NCBI GenBank assembly: GCA_028826165.1
Contig: JAPDFW010000126.1
Span: 96,515-160,514, forward strand
DNA from: Anaeramoeba ignava BMAN
Taxonomy: Eukaryota > Protista > Anaeramoebae
Reading direction: 5' to 3'
DNA: 64,000 bases
A program made the position numbers and the translations under genes. Below the pieces are notes generated by a model. That model made no database searches. It was not told the origin of the DNA and worked only from the letters and a program-made list of their open reading frames with translations. This document shows, one piece after another, positions 1 through 14,500 of this stretch. Numbering within the stretch: position 1 is the first letter of the stretch; each line of letters opens with the position of its first letter.

Positions 1-3000
1 GGGATTCCAAAAACTTCATTCATTTCTAATTTTGGAAATTCTTTTCTTGTTTGTGATTCATATAAACAACGAAGAGTAGATTGCTATTTTTGAATTTGAA
101 TTGAAATTTATTTTTAAAGAATTTGAATTGAAATTTGAATTTAAATTGAAATTTGAATTTTAATTTGAATTTTTTACTAAAACACCTCCAGCAACAGAGA
201 ACGAACATCCAGCTGATGATGTTATAGAAAAAGGTGGATCAAAAGAATCTTCTTCAAGTTTCCGTAAATCAATAGAATGATTTTGAAGGATTTTTCCAAA
301 CTCTCTTACAGTAATTGATAAATCAACATCAGAAATATTTTCAGATTGAATATTTTTCAATTTATTCTGATATTTGTTTGCAATACAAGGAGTGATCGTA
401 ACACATCGAATATTTTCAGGAGATTTTTCCAATTTTTGAGCAAAATAGCTTTTGACAACTGATCCAAAAATTTGGTTTGGTGATTTTGTTGTTGATAAAT
501 GAGGAATCAAAGAAGGATAAAGTTTTTCAATCATGTAAACCGAAGAAACACAATTTGATGTTAAAATAGGTAAAATAGCTTGAGTATCATTAAGTCTTTT
601 CATTAATTCTGTTGAAAGTTCAATAGCATAAATATCTGATGAAAATTGAAGACTAAAAATTGTGTGAAATCCAAGAATTCTTAATGATTTAACAATTTGT
701 CCTGGTGTGATTGCACCTAATTCCTTGCCATAAAGTTCACTAATTGTTGTGAATAAGGAAGGATCAATTCCAACAACAAGATGATAATCATTTTTTTGAG
801 TTAAGAATTGTTCAAAGATGTGAGTTTCATCAAATTCAGAAAGAGCATCACTTGGGCAATAATAACTATTAGAAAATTTTTAATTTGATTTAAATATTTT
901 GATTTGATTTAAATATTTTGAATTAATTTGAATATTTTGAATTAATTTAAATAATTTGATTTAATTTGATTTGAATATTTTGAATTGATTTAAATATTTT
1001 AATTTAATTTAAATATTTTAATTTAATTTAAATATTTTGGTTTGATTTAAATATTTTGATTTGATTTAAATATTTTGATTTAATTTAAATATTTTTGATT
1101 TGATTTAAATATTTTGAATTAATTTAAATATTTTGATTTAATTTAAATATTTTTGATTTGATTTAAATATTTTGATTTAATTTAAATATTTTGATTTAAT
1201 TTAAATATTTTGAATTGATTTAAATATTTTGGATTGATTTAAATATTTTGAATTAATTTAAATAATTTGATTTGATTTAAATATTTTGAATTAATTTAAA
1301 TATTTTGAATTAATTTAAATATTTTGAATTAATTTGAATATTTTGAATTGATTTAAATATTTTAATTTGATTTAAATATTTTAATTTAATTTAAATATTT
1401 TAATTTAATTTAAATATTTTGAATTGATTTAAATATTTTGAATTGATTTAAATATTTTGATTTGATTTAAATATTTTGAATTGATTTAAATATTTTGAAT
1501 TAATTTGAATATTTTGAATTAATTTAAATAATTTGATTTAATTTGATTTGAATATTTTGATTTGATTTAAATATTTTAATTTAATTTAAATATTTTGAAT
1601 TAATTTAAATATTTTAATTTGATTTAAATATTTTGATTTAATTTGAATATTTTGATTTGATTTAAATATTTTAATTTGATTTAAATAGTTTGATTTGATT
1701 TAAATATTTTGATTTAATTTAAATATTTTGATTTAATTTGAATATTTTGATTTGATTTAAATATTTTGATTTAATTTGAATATTTTTGATTTAATTTGAA
1801 TATTTTTGATTTGAATTTAAATATTTTGATTTAATTTGAATATTTTGATTTAATTTAAATATTTTAATTTGATTTAAATAGTTTGATTTGATTTAAATAT
1901 TTTGATTTAATTTAAATATTTTGAATTGATTTAAATATTTTGAATTGATTTAAATATTTTAATTTGATTTGAATATTTTGAATTGATTTAATTTAAATAT
2001 TTTGAATTAATTTGAATATTTTGATTTGATTTAAATATTTTTGATTTAATTTGAATATTTTTGATTTGAATTTAAATATTTTGAATTGATTTAAATAGTT
2101 TGATTTGATTTAAATATTTTGATTTGATTTAAATATTTAGAATTGATTTAAATATTTTGAATTGATTTAAATATTTTGATTTGATTTAAATATTTTAATT
2201 TAATTTAAATATTTTGATTTGATTTAAATATTTTGATTGATTTAAATATTTTGATTTGATTTAAATATTTTGAATTGATTTAAATATTTTGATTTAATTT
2301 AAATATTTTGATTTGATTTAATTTAAATATTTTGAATTGATTTAAATATTTTAATTTGATTTAATTTAAATATTTTGAATTGATTTAAATATTTTAATTT
2401 GATTTAAATATTTTAATTTGATTTAAATATTTTGAATTGATTTAAATATTTTTGATTTGATTTAAATATTTTTGATTTGATTTAAATATTTTGAATTAAT
2501 TTAAATATTTTGATTTAATTTAAATAATTTGATTTAATTTGATTTGAATATTTTGATTTAATTTAAATATTTTGATTTAATTTAATTCAAATATTTTAAT
2601 TTAATTTAAATATTTTGGATTGATTTAATTTAAATATTTTGAATTGATTTAAATATTTTGAATTGATTTGAATATTTTGAATTGATTTAAATATTTTGAT
2701 TTGATTTAAATATTTTGAATTGATTTAAATATTTTGATTTAATTTAAATATTTTAATTTACGTGCATAAACCACAATAAATACAATCAGAATCACTTAAA
2801 GATTTCCCATTTACTTTTAATGTTGATTGATGAGGACCTTCAGTTTCTTCAAGTGAAAAAACAGAAATTCCTTGAATTCTTGAACAAACTTAGAAAGAAA
2901 AAAAGAAAAAAAGAAAAATCAAAAACATGATTTGAATATTTAATTTGGGAAAGATAAAAAAAATATACCTTGTTCACATCTTCCACAATCAATACATTTA

Positions 3001-5446
3001 GATAAATCAAGAGTAACTGCTTGAGTTGAATTATCAATGAAACATTGATTGGAACTTTGCAAAAAATCAGTTAATTCATTTGAATTTCCCATTTTTTCAG
3101 ACATTAAATTCATATTTCGTGATTCAATTTTGGAAGTTAAATTCAAAAGACTTTTACGTAAACTTTCCTTTGTAAGATCAGTATCAGTTCTTATATTCAT
3201 TCCTTCTCTAATAGGAGTAGCACAAGAACAACATTTTTTGAAGGAATGACCAATTCCTTCAATTTCAACAACACAAAATTTGCAAGTAGCCAAAGGATGA
3301 AGACTAGGATGATAACATAAACTTTGCACATTTGCTCCTGATTTGCGACAAGCCTCAAGAACATTTAAATTGGAATCAACATGACATCTTTTGCCATTAA
3401 TAGTGACAACCACTTTAGTTTGACTGACATTTTTTCCTTTTAAAACAAAATCCTTTTTGAATCGAGTGATTTTTTCTTTTTCTTGTTGAATCAATGAAAG
3501 CGAACGTGAACGTGATTTGGAATATGAACTAACAAGAGGCCAACGGATGATATTCCGATCTTCTGAACCACTAAGAATAGCGCCACTTGGGCTTATTTTG
3601 ATTGTTGATATCGGCGCACTGTGTCCTTCAAGTAAAGATACACAACTTTCGTTATTTAAATTCCATACTTTGATTTTTCCATCAGTTCCTCCAGATACTA
3701 AATATGAATCTTGCATTTGGATTACCCTTACTTTCCCTGCGTGTGCTGATATAAACTTCCCTTTGCTCTTTTTCTCAGAAAATATTCCAATTTTTCCATC
3801 CCATGAACCACTGTAGATTTTATTGTTATAAAGAAGTAATTGAACAACTGCATATTCATGTCCTTCATATGTTTTAATACATTTTCCTGACTAAATAAAT
3901 TTTATTTTGAATTTGATTTTGATTTTAATTTTGAATTTGAATTTGATTTTGAATTTACTTTGGTATCCCAAGATTTAATTGTACAATCTAAATAATAAAA
4001 GAAATTAAAAAATTTATTAAGAATTTTAATTTCAAAAAAATCATAAAAATTATTTTACCATTTGAACCAGTATAAAGAATTTGTTTTTCTTCATCAAAAG
4101 CCATTGAAAGAACCCAATTTTGATGACCTTTAAAAGTTAAAATTTGTTGAGAATTCTAAAAATGAAAGAAAAGATAATAAATATTTATTTTGTTTTGAAT
4201 ATTTAATATTTATTAAATATTTATTTAAATATTTGATTTATTTTAAATATTTATTTGATTTATTTTGAATATTTAAATATTTAATATTTTGAATATTTAA
4301 ATATTTGTTTTGTTTTGAATATTTAATATTTATTTAATATTTATTTAATATTTATTTAATATTTATTTTTAATATTTATTTAATATTTATTTAATATTTA
4401 TTTAATATTTATTTAAATATTTGTTTAATATTTTGAATATTTTAATATTTGTTTTGTTTGAATATTTAAATATTTGTTTTTGTTTGAATATTTAAATATT
4501 TAATATTTTGAATATTTAAATATTTAATATTTTGAATATTTAAATATTTGTTTGAATATTTGATTTATTTTAAATATTTAATATTTATTTAATATTTATT
4601 TTATTTAAATATTTATTTAATATTTATTTTGTTTTTAATATTGAATATTTATTTAATATTTAATATTTAATATTTATTTTGAATATTTAATATTTAAATA
4701 TTTGATTTGTTTGAATATTTGATTTGTTTGAATATTTTTTTAAAATACTTCAACATCCCATAAAATAGCTTGTGAATCCATTGAAGAAGAAAATAACCTC
4801 TTTTGGTCAATTGTTGCATATAATTGACTAATTTGATCAGTATGAGCAAGATATTGTCTAATAAGATTCCCATTTGAAGTATTCCATAACTTAATTGTAT
4901 GATCGACTCCACCTGAAAAAAGAAGGTCATTACGATTGTGAAAAGAAGAAACTTTGCCTTCATGACCCTTAAAAATAGTCAAGGGATGATAATTCATAAC
5001 ATCCCAAGAAATCAACACTCCTTTAATATCACAACTATATAAAATTCCTTTATGAATATTAAGTGAATTAACAAATGATTCATGTTTAGAAAGTGTTGCA
5101 ACACATTTTCCAGTCTTTTTTTGAAATGTTGAGAATTTTTTTATTTTTTATTTATTTTATTTAATTTATTTTGAGAAAATTCGTTTTCAAAATGAAAAAT
5201 TTTTTTTTTTTTTTGCTTTTTACATCAAAATCCCAACATTTAATAACATTTTCATTTGCGCAAGTATAAAATTGATTTTCATCTGTTGAAACTTCTATTG
5301 AATTTATTGCACTTTCATGAGCTTCAACTTGAAATAACGGTTCAATTGTCTAAATTTATTTAAAAATTTGATTTTAAATTTATTTTTCCAAAAAAAATAA
5401 TTATTATTGAGATCTTTACTTGTGTATTATTTGATGAAGTATTCAT
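1..5446 (-). CDS. WD40-repeat / [FeFe]-hydrogenase-like fusion protein, multi-exon, 3' end outside window
   Basis: Hand-spliced GT-AG exons keep one frame: 5446-5420, 5349-5224, 5114-4749, 4155-4059, 3987-3959, 3890-2969, 2888-2762, 865-178, 83-<1. Eight GH...WD-type repeats, then 2Fe-2S motif (SLCYHPSLHPLATCKFCVVE...CCSCATP), two 4Fe-4S motifs (CIDCGRCEQVC; CIYCGLCTYYCPSDAL), then H-cluster-domain sequence (LPILTSNC, HLSTTKSPNQIFG, TITPCIANK, DVDLSITVRE, FDPPF, AGGVLQSTLR). Confidence 0.9.
866..2761 (-). repeat. ~1.9-kb intron made of a degenerate ~19-bp tandem repeat (aaatattttgatttgattt)
   Basis: GT at 2761-2760 and AG at 867-866; splits the CGLCT|YYCP ferredoxin motif; repeat visible throughout. 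Confidence 0.9.
4156..4748 (-). repeat. Intron with (aatattt)-type simple repeat
   Basis: Between WD40 exons 3 and 4; GT/AG ends restore the frame. Confidence 0.8.
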
Positions 5447-5527
5447 TGTCGATTTTTGATTAAAGTAATTAAAAAAAAAATGAAAGAAAAATGAAAAAAA
5501 TATTTTTATTAATTTTTTATTTAATTT

Positions 5528-8500
5528 TTAATTTTTTTGATTTGAAAAATTTAATGTAAATTCATAAACTGAAACTAAATTCCCTAATAAAATTATATTT
5601 TTTCGATCAAAATTATTCTTAATTTCATTATAAATTTGGGAATTTTTATCTTTAATTGAAAAAAGTAATAATTTTCTAAATGGATAAATTGGATCAAATT
5701 TTGTTGCAATTTTAGTTATAAATTGTTCTAATAAATCAATAAATTTATCAATATCAATATCAATTCTTTTTAAAGAGTTTTGTAATTCATTAATTTGAGA
5801 CTCTTCCAAACCAGATTTAAATTTTTCTGGAAGTTTTTCAATAATTTTTTTTAAATCATATTTTAAATGATTTTGAAAAAATAAAAGATGTTTTAATTTT
5901 GCTTGTTCTTTAAAAGTAGGTGAAGAAAGTCCAATATCATCAAAAATATCAATTTCCATTTTATTTTGTATAAATTCCATAATTGATAATTCTGTTAATT
6001 CATTCATTTCATTTGATTCATTCATTTTATTTAAATCTTTCATTTTATTTAAATCTTTCATTTCATTTAAATCTTTCATTTTATTTAAATCTTTCATTTC
6101 ATTTGAATTTTCCATTTCATTTAAATCTTTCATTTCATTTGAATCTTTCATTTCATTTGAATCTTTCATTTCAATCATTTTGCAACTTGGAATCACAAGT
6201 TCAATTAATTCTTTGCATTTTCCATATAACCCATAATTTTCCAATTCATTTTTGATTTTTCTCCAAATTTTAATATCAATTTCTTCTTGTTTCCAATTTT
6301 CATTATTAAGAAATTCAATATCTAATTCTGGTTTTTCATCGTAATAAATAAAATTTTTAATTTTGGAAGATAAAATAAATGGTTTCTTTAAATTTTCAAT
6401 TTCTTTTTTAATATAATTTTCAAAAATTTTAAGTTCATTAAATGAATTATTATAATTATTGATTTTCTCAAATTCTTTCATATCAAAATTGAAAAATTGA
6501 ATTGAATTGAAATCATTTAAAGAAATTGGATAATTAATTTCTTGATTTTCATAATTCTCTTGATTAATTTTGTTAAAAATTGAAGATAGTAATTTTGATT
6601 GAATAAATTTGTTATTAAGATTAATTCCATGTTGAATTAATGTTGAAATCATTAAATTATAGTTTTCTTTTCCTGGCAAACAAACATCAATAAAAGATTC
6701 TTCATTAATTTCAATTATAAATTCATTGATTGGAATTTCATTCATAATTTGTAAATATTTTGTTTCTTTTGAACATAAATTCCAATATTCTTGAAATTGG
6801 AAATATAAATCTTGATTTTCATTTTCAATAGTATTTTTGAATTGAATTGTTCTGGATTCTTTTCTTGTTATTTTTTGATTAAATTTTTGCATTACATAAC
6901 TTCCAAATTTGATAAATCCTTCAAATAAATTCAATATTTTCAATTCTTGGATATTTTCAATAACAAATTTAACAAATGGAAACATTATTGAGTTTTCTTC
7001 TTTTTGATAAAATAAATTGATAACATGATATAAATTTGTTTTTGGTAAATCAAATAAATTTAATTTATCACTTGGTTGTTTGAATATCTTCTGGATTTTC
7101 TTTGTGTTTTTAATAACTTTCTCGATAATTGTTGAATGATTTTTGTTATAAATATTTGAAAAAACTTCTTCAAATTTGTTTCTATAATCTAAATCCAAGA
7201 AATTGTCTTTTCTGAATAACTTTTCAGGAATCTTATATTGAGAAATCAAATTCAAGGTTTCATGATAATAAAGAATTGTTTGGTAATTTGATAAATTTAA
7301 TAATCCTGATAAAATGGATAAATCATTCCCAATGTGTGATCTTAATTGATTAATTAATTCTTCTTGTGTTTCTGGTTTAAAAACAAAATTATTAATAAGT
7401 GAAATGAAATGTTTGGAAAATTTTTCTGATATTATTGAAATTGAAATAACTGAAAGATGAATAAATAAGCGAATAATTCTGAAAGTTATTGGATGCATTT
7501 TCCTAAATGTAAATGCTGGATTTGTATTTAGGAATTTAGAAACTGAATATGAAGTGCAATTTTCAAAAAATTTGGAATCAATTTTCTTTTGATTTTGATT
7601 TACTTTTAATTTGGATAAACAAAATCCACACCAATTTTGTAAATTAATATGTGAAAATTTAACAAAATTTAAATGATTTTTTTTGCATAAAGACCATAAA
7701 TTGAGTTTATCTTCTTCTTCTTTTTCATTTATAAAATCTGGATAAAATGAATAAGATCCCATTGAAGGCCAATATAATTTTTCAAGTAATTCTTGTTTTA
7801 ATTTTGATTCTCCAACTTCGAATATAAGATCTGATGAAAACAAAAACTGAAATGGTTCAATTTTCAATCCACTAATAAACTCAATAGAATGAATTGCCAT
7901 TTTGATAATTTCTTCATCTTCAATTTTTTCTTCAATTTTAGATAAATTTTGGAATAATTTGGAATCTAAATAACTTGTTCCATGTTCACTAACAAATCCA
8001 ATATGAGATTCTGTAAATTGATTTAATAAATTATTTCCAATTTTGTTTTGTTCATAATAATGTATCAATGTTTTCTCTTTTTTCTTTCCTTTAATATTAA
8101 TATCAAGAAAATCTTCTTGAAATTTATTAAGAATCTCTTGTGAAAATTTACATTCTTTAATTTTTTCATCAACAGAATTTTTGATAAATTTTTTGAGATT
8201 ATTAATTCCTTGTGTTTTTTGAATTTCATTGTAAATAAATTTCAACCAAGTATCTTGTTTTTTTATTAAACTATTCTTCATTTTATTGATAAATTTTTGT
8301 GGTTTTTGAATAAAATTTTTTCTTGATTTAAGAAATTTTGCAATTTTTCTAAGTGAAAATCCATCTTTGGAAAAGATTGCTATAATATTTTTGGATTTCT
8401 TTTTTTCTTGATCTTCTTTTCTTTGAATAAAATATTTGATTAATTTTTCATTTTCATTAAGAATTTTCATACAACAGATAAGAATAATATTTTCTTGTTG

Positions 8501-11500
8501 ATTTTCCAATAATTTTAAATTTGTTTTTTGTAACATTTCCTCAACAAAATTTATAATATCATCTTCTTCGTTTAATGAAATTAAATTTGTTAATAATGGG
8601 ATATAAACTGAATATAAAATTTCAATGGAATTTAATGATAATAAATAGTTTGTTTTGGGAATTAAATAATTGAAAAATTGTTGAATATTTGTGAAATCAA
8701 ATTTTCCTTTCATTTTCTTATTGAAAAGTAATTTTTTGAAAATAATTTCTCCATAAAATGCCAAATATTTTATAAAATTTAAAATAATAGAACGTATTTT
8801 TTTTCTATAATGATCAATATAATTTTCATTTAGAATTGAGAAATGTTTATTATTTTTGTGGAAAGTTTCTTCACAAATTGGACATTTGTTTTTGATTTTC
8901 ATCTTCTTCTTTAGATTTAGATTTAGAATTAGAATTTGATTTAGAATTAGATTTAGAATTAGATTTAGATTTAGATTTAGATTTTCTTTTGGGTTTAATT
9001 GTAAGATAAATTTGTAATTTTTCTTTTTGTGATTTTTTGCAAATCAAAATATTATTGCAATTAACATTTTGAGAAAATAATTCTTTAATCAATTCACTTG
9101 TTATTTTGTTAATCATCATTTTATCTTCAATTATTTGATAAGTTTCTTCATTAAAATTTGTTAATTCAATTCCAAATTCATTTTTAAATAATTCTAAATT
9201 CCATTCATCATAAAGAGATTCAATTGATTTTTGTTTTTTTTCTGTTTTTCCTTCATTTTCAATCAAGAAATAAAATAATTCTTCAATTTTTTTACTTTTT
9301 TCTTTGATTAAAAATTGTTCTTTTTGTAATTTTGGAATTAATTTTTTCATAAATGATAAAATTGAAAAGTGTCTAATTTTAGAAATAATTTTAAAATATG
9401 AATCAATTTCAATTAAATTAATTAAATTTTGATGAATTTTTTCAAAATAAATTTTGTAAATTTCCATAAAAGAAATATCTTCTAAATTTGAATTTTCTGA
9501 TTTATAATTTTGAACCCATTTTATCAAAAATTCAATTTTAAATGAATTTAAAAAATTTTGTTGTTGTTGATTAAAAGATAGTTTGATAAAATCTAATAAT
9601 ATCTTTCCAATAATTTCTTCATTTATTTTTTCTTTTTTAAAAATTTTCTTATTTCTTTTATCATTAAAAGGAATTTGAATAAATTCAGAAAATGGTATTT
9701 TTTGTTCTGAAATTGTTTGATATTGTTGAATTATTGAATAAATTATTGATATAAAAGGAATATCAAGTTCAATAATTTTGTTATTTTGATTTTCAATTTC
9801 AATTTCAAAGCAAGGAATTTCAAACTTATTAAAAAAAGTTTTCCACATATTATTTATAGTTTTTTGATCTGAATCTAATAATTTTAAATTTTCATTTTGA
9901 TTAATATTCTTGAAAAATATTCCAATAATAACAATTATCATTTGAATAAATTTATCATATAAAGAAGGAGAAATATATATTTCATTTTCATTTTCATTTT
10001 CATTTTGATTTTCATTTTGTTGAATTATATTTTTAATTTCAGAATCAAATAAGAAATGATTTGTTTTAATTCCCAATTCAATCATTTCTCTTATTTTTTG
10101 TGAAAAGTTAATTTCATTTTTTGATGAAAATAATTCATTTTCAATAAATTTTGTTGTTTGAATAAATTTTTCACTTGTAAAATCTATATTTCTTGAAATG
10201 GATATTTTCAAAAGTTTTCGATAAATTTCTTTCATTTTATTTTCTTTTTCAGAATCATTAATTGTATCAATTTTATGATTAAATTTTAAATCATTTATAA
10301 GAGGTAAAAATATTTTTGGATAAAGTTTTTCAATATAATAATATTCCCAATTCTTTTCAAAATAAAACGGAACATCTTTCATTTCAAATTGAGGAGATAA
10401 ATGAATAAAGATAATTATATATTTTTTTTGATTTAAATTTTGTTCAATAAAAAATTTAATTTTGAAAAATAATTCAATTTCATTTTGTTGAAAATGAATA
10501 AAAAGTATTGATTCCCTATTTTTGATTGAAGATTTGATAATTTCTATCACTTTTTTTTCTGATTGAATATTGATATCTTGGATAGAATAATTTTGTATTT
10601 TTTCTTGATTTATTTTCATTTTTGTTTCAAAACTTGTTGTAAAAATTATTGAATTTTGAATTTTGTTTCCAATAATTTCTTGATTAAATAATTCATCAAA
10701 ATTTTTGAATGAAGAAGAAAAATAATCATTTAAAATATTATTAGTTTTTTCTTCTAAATTTTTTGATTTTGGTTTTGATTTTGATATAAATTGTTTAACT
10801 TCATTCATTTTATAGAATTTACAAAGTTGAAATATTGTTTTCTTCATTATTTTTTCATTTAAATTTGAATTTAACTTTAAAATCAAAGAAATGAATAAAT
10901 TTTCATTAAATCCAAAAATTAAATCTTTTGTTTGAATTTTGTTTCGTGTAATAGTTTCAATTGGATCAAAAAATTTATTAATTTTCTTGAGGAAATTTTG
11001 CTCTTTTTTGGATAAAGAAAAAGAATAATTAAAAAAGGAATTTAAAGAAGAAGTTGTTGATCCATCAATAAAATGTTTTTCAAAATGATTTAATAAATTT
11101 TGTTCTTTGAATTCGTAATCATTTTCTTTTATTGTAACTAATACTAATCTAAATTTTGGATTGATAAATACTTTTCTTTCCTCATTATAAAATTGAATTT
11201 TTGTATAAAATTTCCCATTTTCTTCATCAAAATTTTGATTGAGTAAATTGTTTAAAAATGGATATATTTTTTGATAATCAAAAATCACTAATATTTTCCC
11301 TTCAGAAATACAATATTCAATATTAAATAATTTTTCTTTAATTTTTTCTTCTTTTGGGATTGTAGAAATATTTAATGGTTTATCAAATAATAATAAATCT
11401 TTATCAAAAATAACAATTGAATCTGGGAAATATTTTTGATAAATAATTGAAAAAATTGAAATGTGTGAAATAATTAGCATTAAATAACGAGATGTTTTCA

Positions 11501-14500
11501 TAAATTCAAAATATGATTGATCTGATTCTTCTTGTAATTTTTTTGTTTTATAAAGATTTTCTGTTATTAATTTTTCTAAATCAAATTTGGGAATTGTTTT
11601 AAAACCATCAATTTGATTTAATTTTAAAACTTCTTTCAATATTTTTCCTCTAATTCCAAAATTTCTATAAAGAGAATTAAATAGAACATCTGAAAAAATT
11701 GAATAATTATTTTTTGAGAAATAAAATCCAATATTCTTAAGGAAAAAATAATAATCATAAATCCCATAAAAGTTTTTTGTTAAGTTTTTTTCTTGAATTT
11801 TGATTAAATTTGTTTGTTTTGAGATTAAAATTTTTTGATTTTGACAAATTCCATTAAATATTTTAACAAAATATTTGAAATAATTCTTTGGTGATTCTCT
11901 TGGAAATGAATTTAAAATTTCTTTTGTTATTGATTCTAATTCAGTTTCATTTGGAAGTTCATTATTTAAAATAATTCCTGTTGAAATGTAATTCATTTTT
12001 GAGAATTGATTTGAAAATAAAATTAATGAAGGTTTTGTTAAAAATGATTCTAATTTTGTTAATTGAATATCTTTTTGAATTTTTTCAATTTCTAAATTAA
12101 GAGTCATTAATGTTTTATCTTTTAAATTTGTAAATTCTTTTAAAATGATAATTGGAATAATTTCTTTTTTATAATTTTGAGATAATTTTTCTGAATTGTT
12201 AAATTGATTATGAAGTTGAATTGGTGATAAAATTTGAGAACATTCAATTTTGTTAATTTGTAAATTTGGAAGATTTAATTCATTTTCATTTTCATTAAAT
12301 AATTTTAAAATGAATTTAAGAGATGTTGATTTTGAAGTTCCTAAAAATAAAAAATAAAAATTAATAATTTTTTAATTGTAAATTATATTATTAATATTAT
12401 TATTTACCTGAATTTCCAATTATAAATAAAGGTATTCGAGTAAAAAATGAAATGAATATTAATAAAACATTTTCTTTAAATGATTTAGTTTTGGCAATAT
12501 TATTTTCTGATAAATAATTATCCATATTTTGAATTAAATTTTCTGAAATTTTATAAAAATTTGTTTCAATATTCATCTTAATTTTTTCATTCTTTTTCAA
12601 TTTTTGTTGCTTTTGTTCAAATTTTAATAAAAATTCTTTTCTTTTTCCTTCATTCAAACTTGAAACATAAACAATAAATAAAGATAATAAAATAGATGAA
12701 GTAATTTGAGTTGATATTTCATTTTCTTTTATCAATTTTTGAGCTATTTTACTTGATATTAACCAATTAAAAATTTTTGAAAAAATTAAAACATCTTGAA
12801 ATGATTCAAAATATTCATTTGAAAATATTATTGATTTTGATTTTGTTTCAATTTGAAGTTTTTGAGTTAATTTTCTTGAAAAGCAAATTAATTCTGAAAT
12901 AATTTGTGATTCACTTTCTATTGAGATTTTAGAATTAAAGAAATTTTGGAGATTCTCTTTTTTTTGTTGAAATAATTGATGAAGTATTGATAAAATATAT
13001 TTCTTTTTTGAAATTTTTGTTAATTTTCCAAAATCATAAATATCTTCATAAAATGAATCAGAAATTAATTGATATTGTGAAATAAATTGTGTTTTTTCAT
13101 TTCTTTCAAATTGATTAGATGAAAAAGATTTAAGAGAAGCTAATAAATGAACATTTCCTTGTAAATTTTTCCCATTAATTGATCTATTTAATAAAATTTC
13201 TTTGATTAATGATATAGATTCTTTTGATCCTTTATTAAATTCATGAAAATAAATATTAATACGATCAATTGAATTTGGATTTTGGTTTTGAATTTGTTGA
13301 ATTTCTTGAATAATTTCTTCTTTTTTTGTTTGAAAATTAACATTGAAAATGATTAATGGTTGTTTCAAAATATCTTCTATTAAATATGTAATTAATAATA
13401 ACTTTTCATATTCATTTCCTCCATTAATAATTACTGGTATTTTTGCCCATAATTTTAATTGAATATAAATCATTTTGAATAAATTTTCTGATGTAAGAAA
13501 ATTTCCTCTTTTTTTTTGATTTTCTTCATAATTTTGAATAATTTCATTTGTTATTTCAAATGATTTTGGAATTAATGAATTAAAAATTTGTAAAATATCT
13601 TTCATTTCAATTTCAATTTTTGTTTCATTTTTTAATTTTTCATGGAAAATTATCATATTTTGATTATTAAAATTTAAACCATTTTGAAATAATTGTTTGA
13701 TTTCGGAATTACTTATAAGAAATAATTTATATTCACCTTCTTGATTGTTGTTTTTTTTGTTTCTGAAAAGAATTGGAAAAGATAAATTTCTTTTTTTCCA
13801 TTCAATTTTGTTTTTCAATAATTTTGAAGATTCTTCTAAATTATTTGAATTTTCTAAATTTGAATTAAAATGAAAAAAAGGAGAAGCAAGTTCAATATTA
13901 AAATTTAAACAATTTGTTATAATTTGATTTAAAAAAGAATAATATTTTTCTGAATCATTTTCAAAATTTTTTTGAATAATTTCATCTTTGTTAAATAATA
14001 ACCACATAAAATATTGAAGTAAATTTTTCATTAAATATTGGAAATTTGAAAAAGTTCTAAAACTTATAAATTTGGTTTGTAAATTGTTTTCAAATTGATT
14101 TAATAATAAATTGAAATATTCTTTTGAATTTGGTTCTTGATTTAAATTATTGACAATTTCTGTTAGTCCATTTGTATTTTTATATTCTCTTAAATGATTT
14201 TGATTTGATTGAATTAAATTGGCAATTCTTTTTAATTCTGGATTTTCTTCTTTTTCAATTTGAAAATTTAATATTGGATAAGAAGAAAAGGAAAAATTAT
14301 CAGAGTTCATTTTACATTCTTTTTCTTTAAAATATTTTAATGGAGGAAAATTATTTAAACCATTTTCTGAACTTGATTTAATATAACTTGGAATTTCAAA
14401 AACAATTTTAAAAGAATCATCAAAAATCCAAATTAAATTATTTTCTAATTTTCTTTCATCTTCAAATGAATTCCACATTGATAATTCCCAAAGAAAATCC

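Noticed and set aside
160-603. Calling the hydrogenase-like gene a plain Nar1/NARF
   Set aside because: It has an N-terminal 2Fe-2S and two full 4Fe-4S ferredoxin motifs typical of long hydrogenases, which Nar1 lacks; phylogeny is still needed.
8860-9070. Intact RING finger in RNF213-like A
   Set aside because: Only C..C and CPIC remnants, separated by an SK repeat and a frameshift; too few ligands to call.
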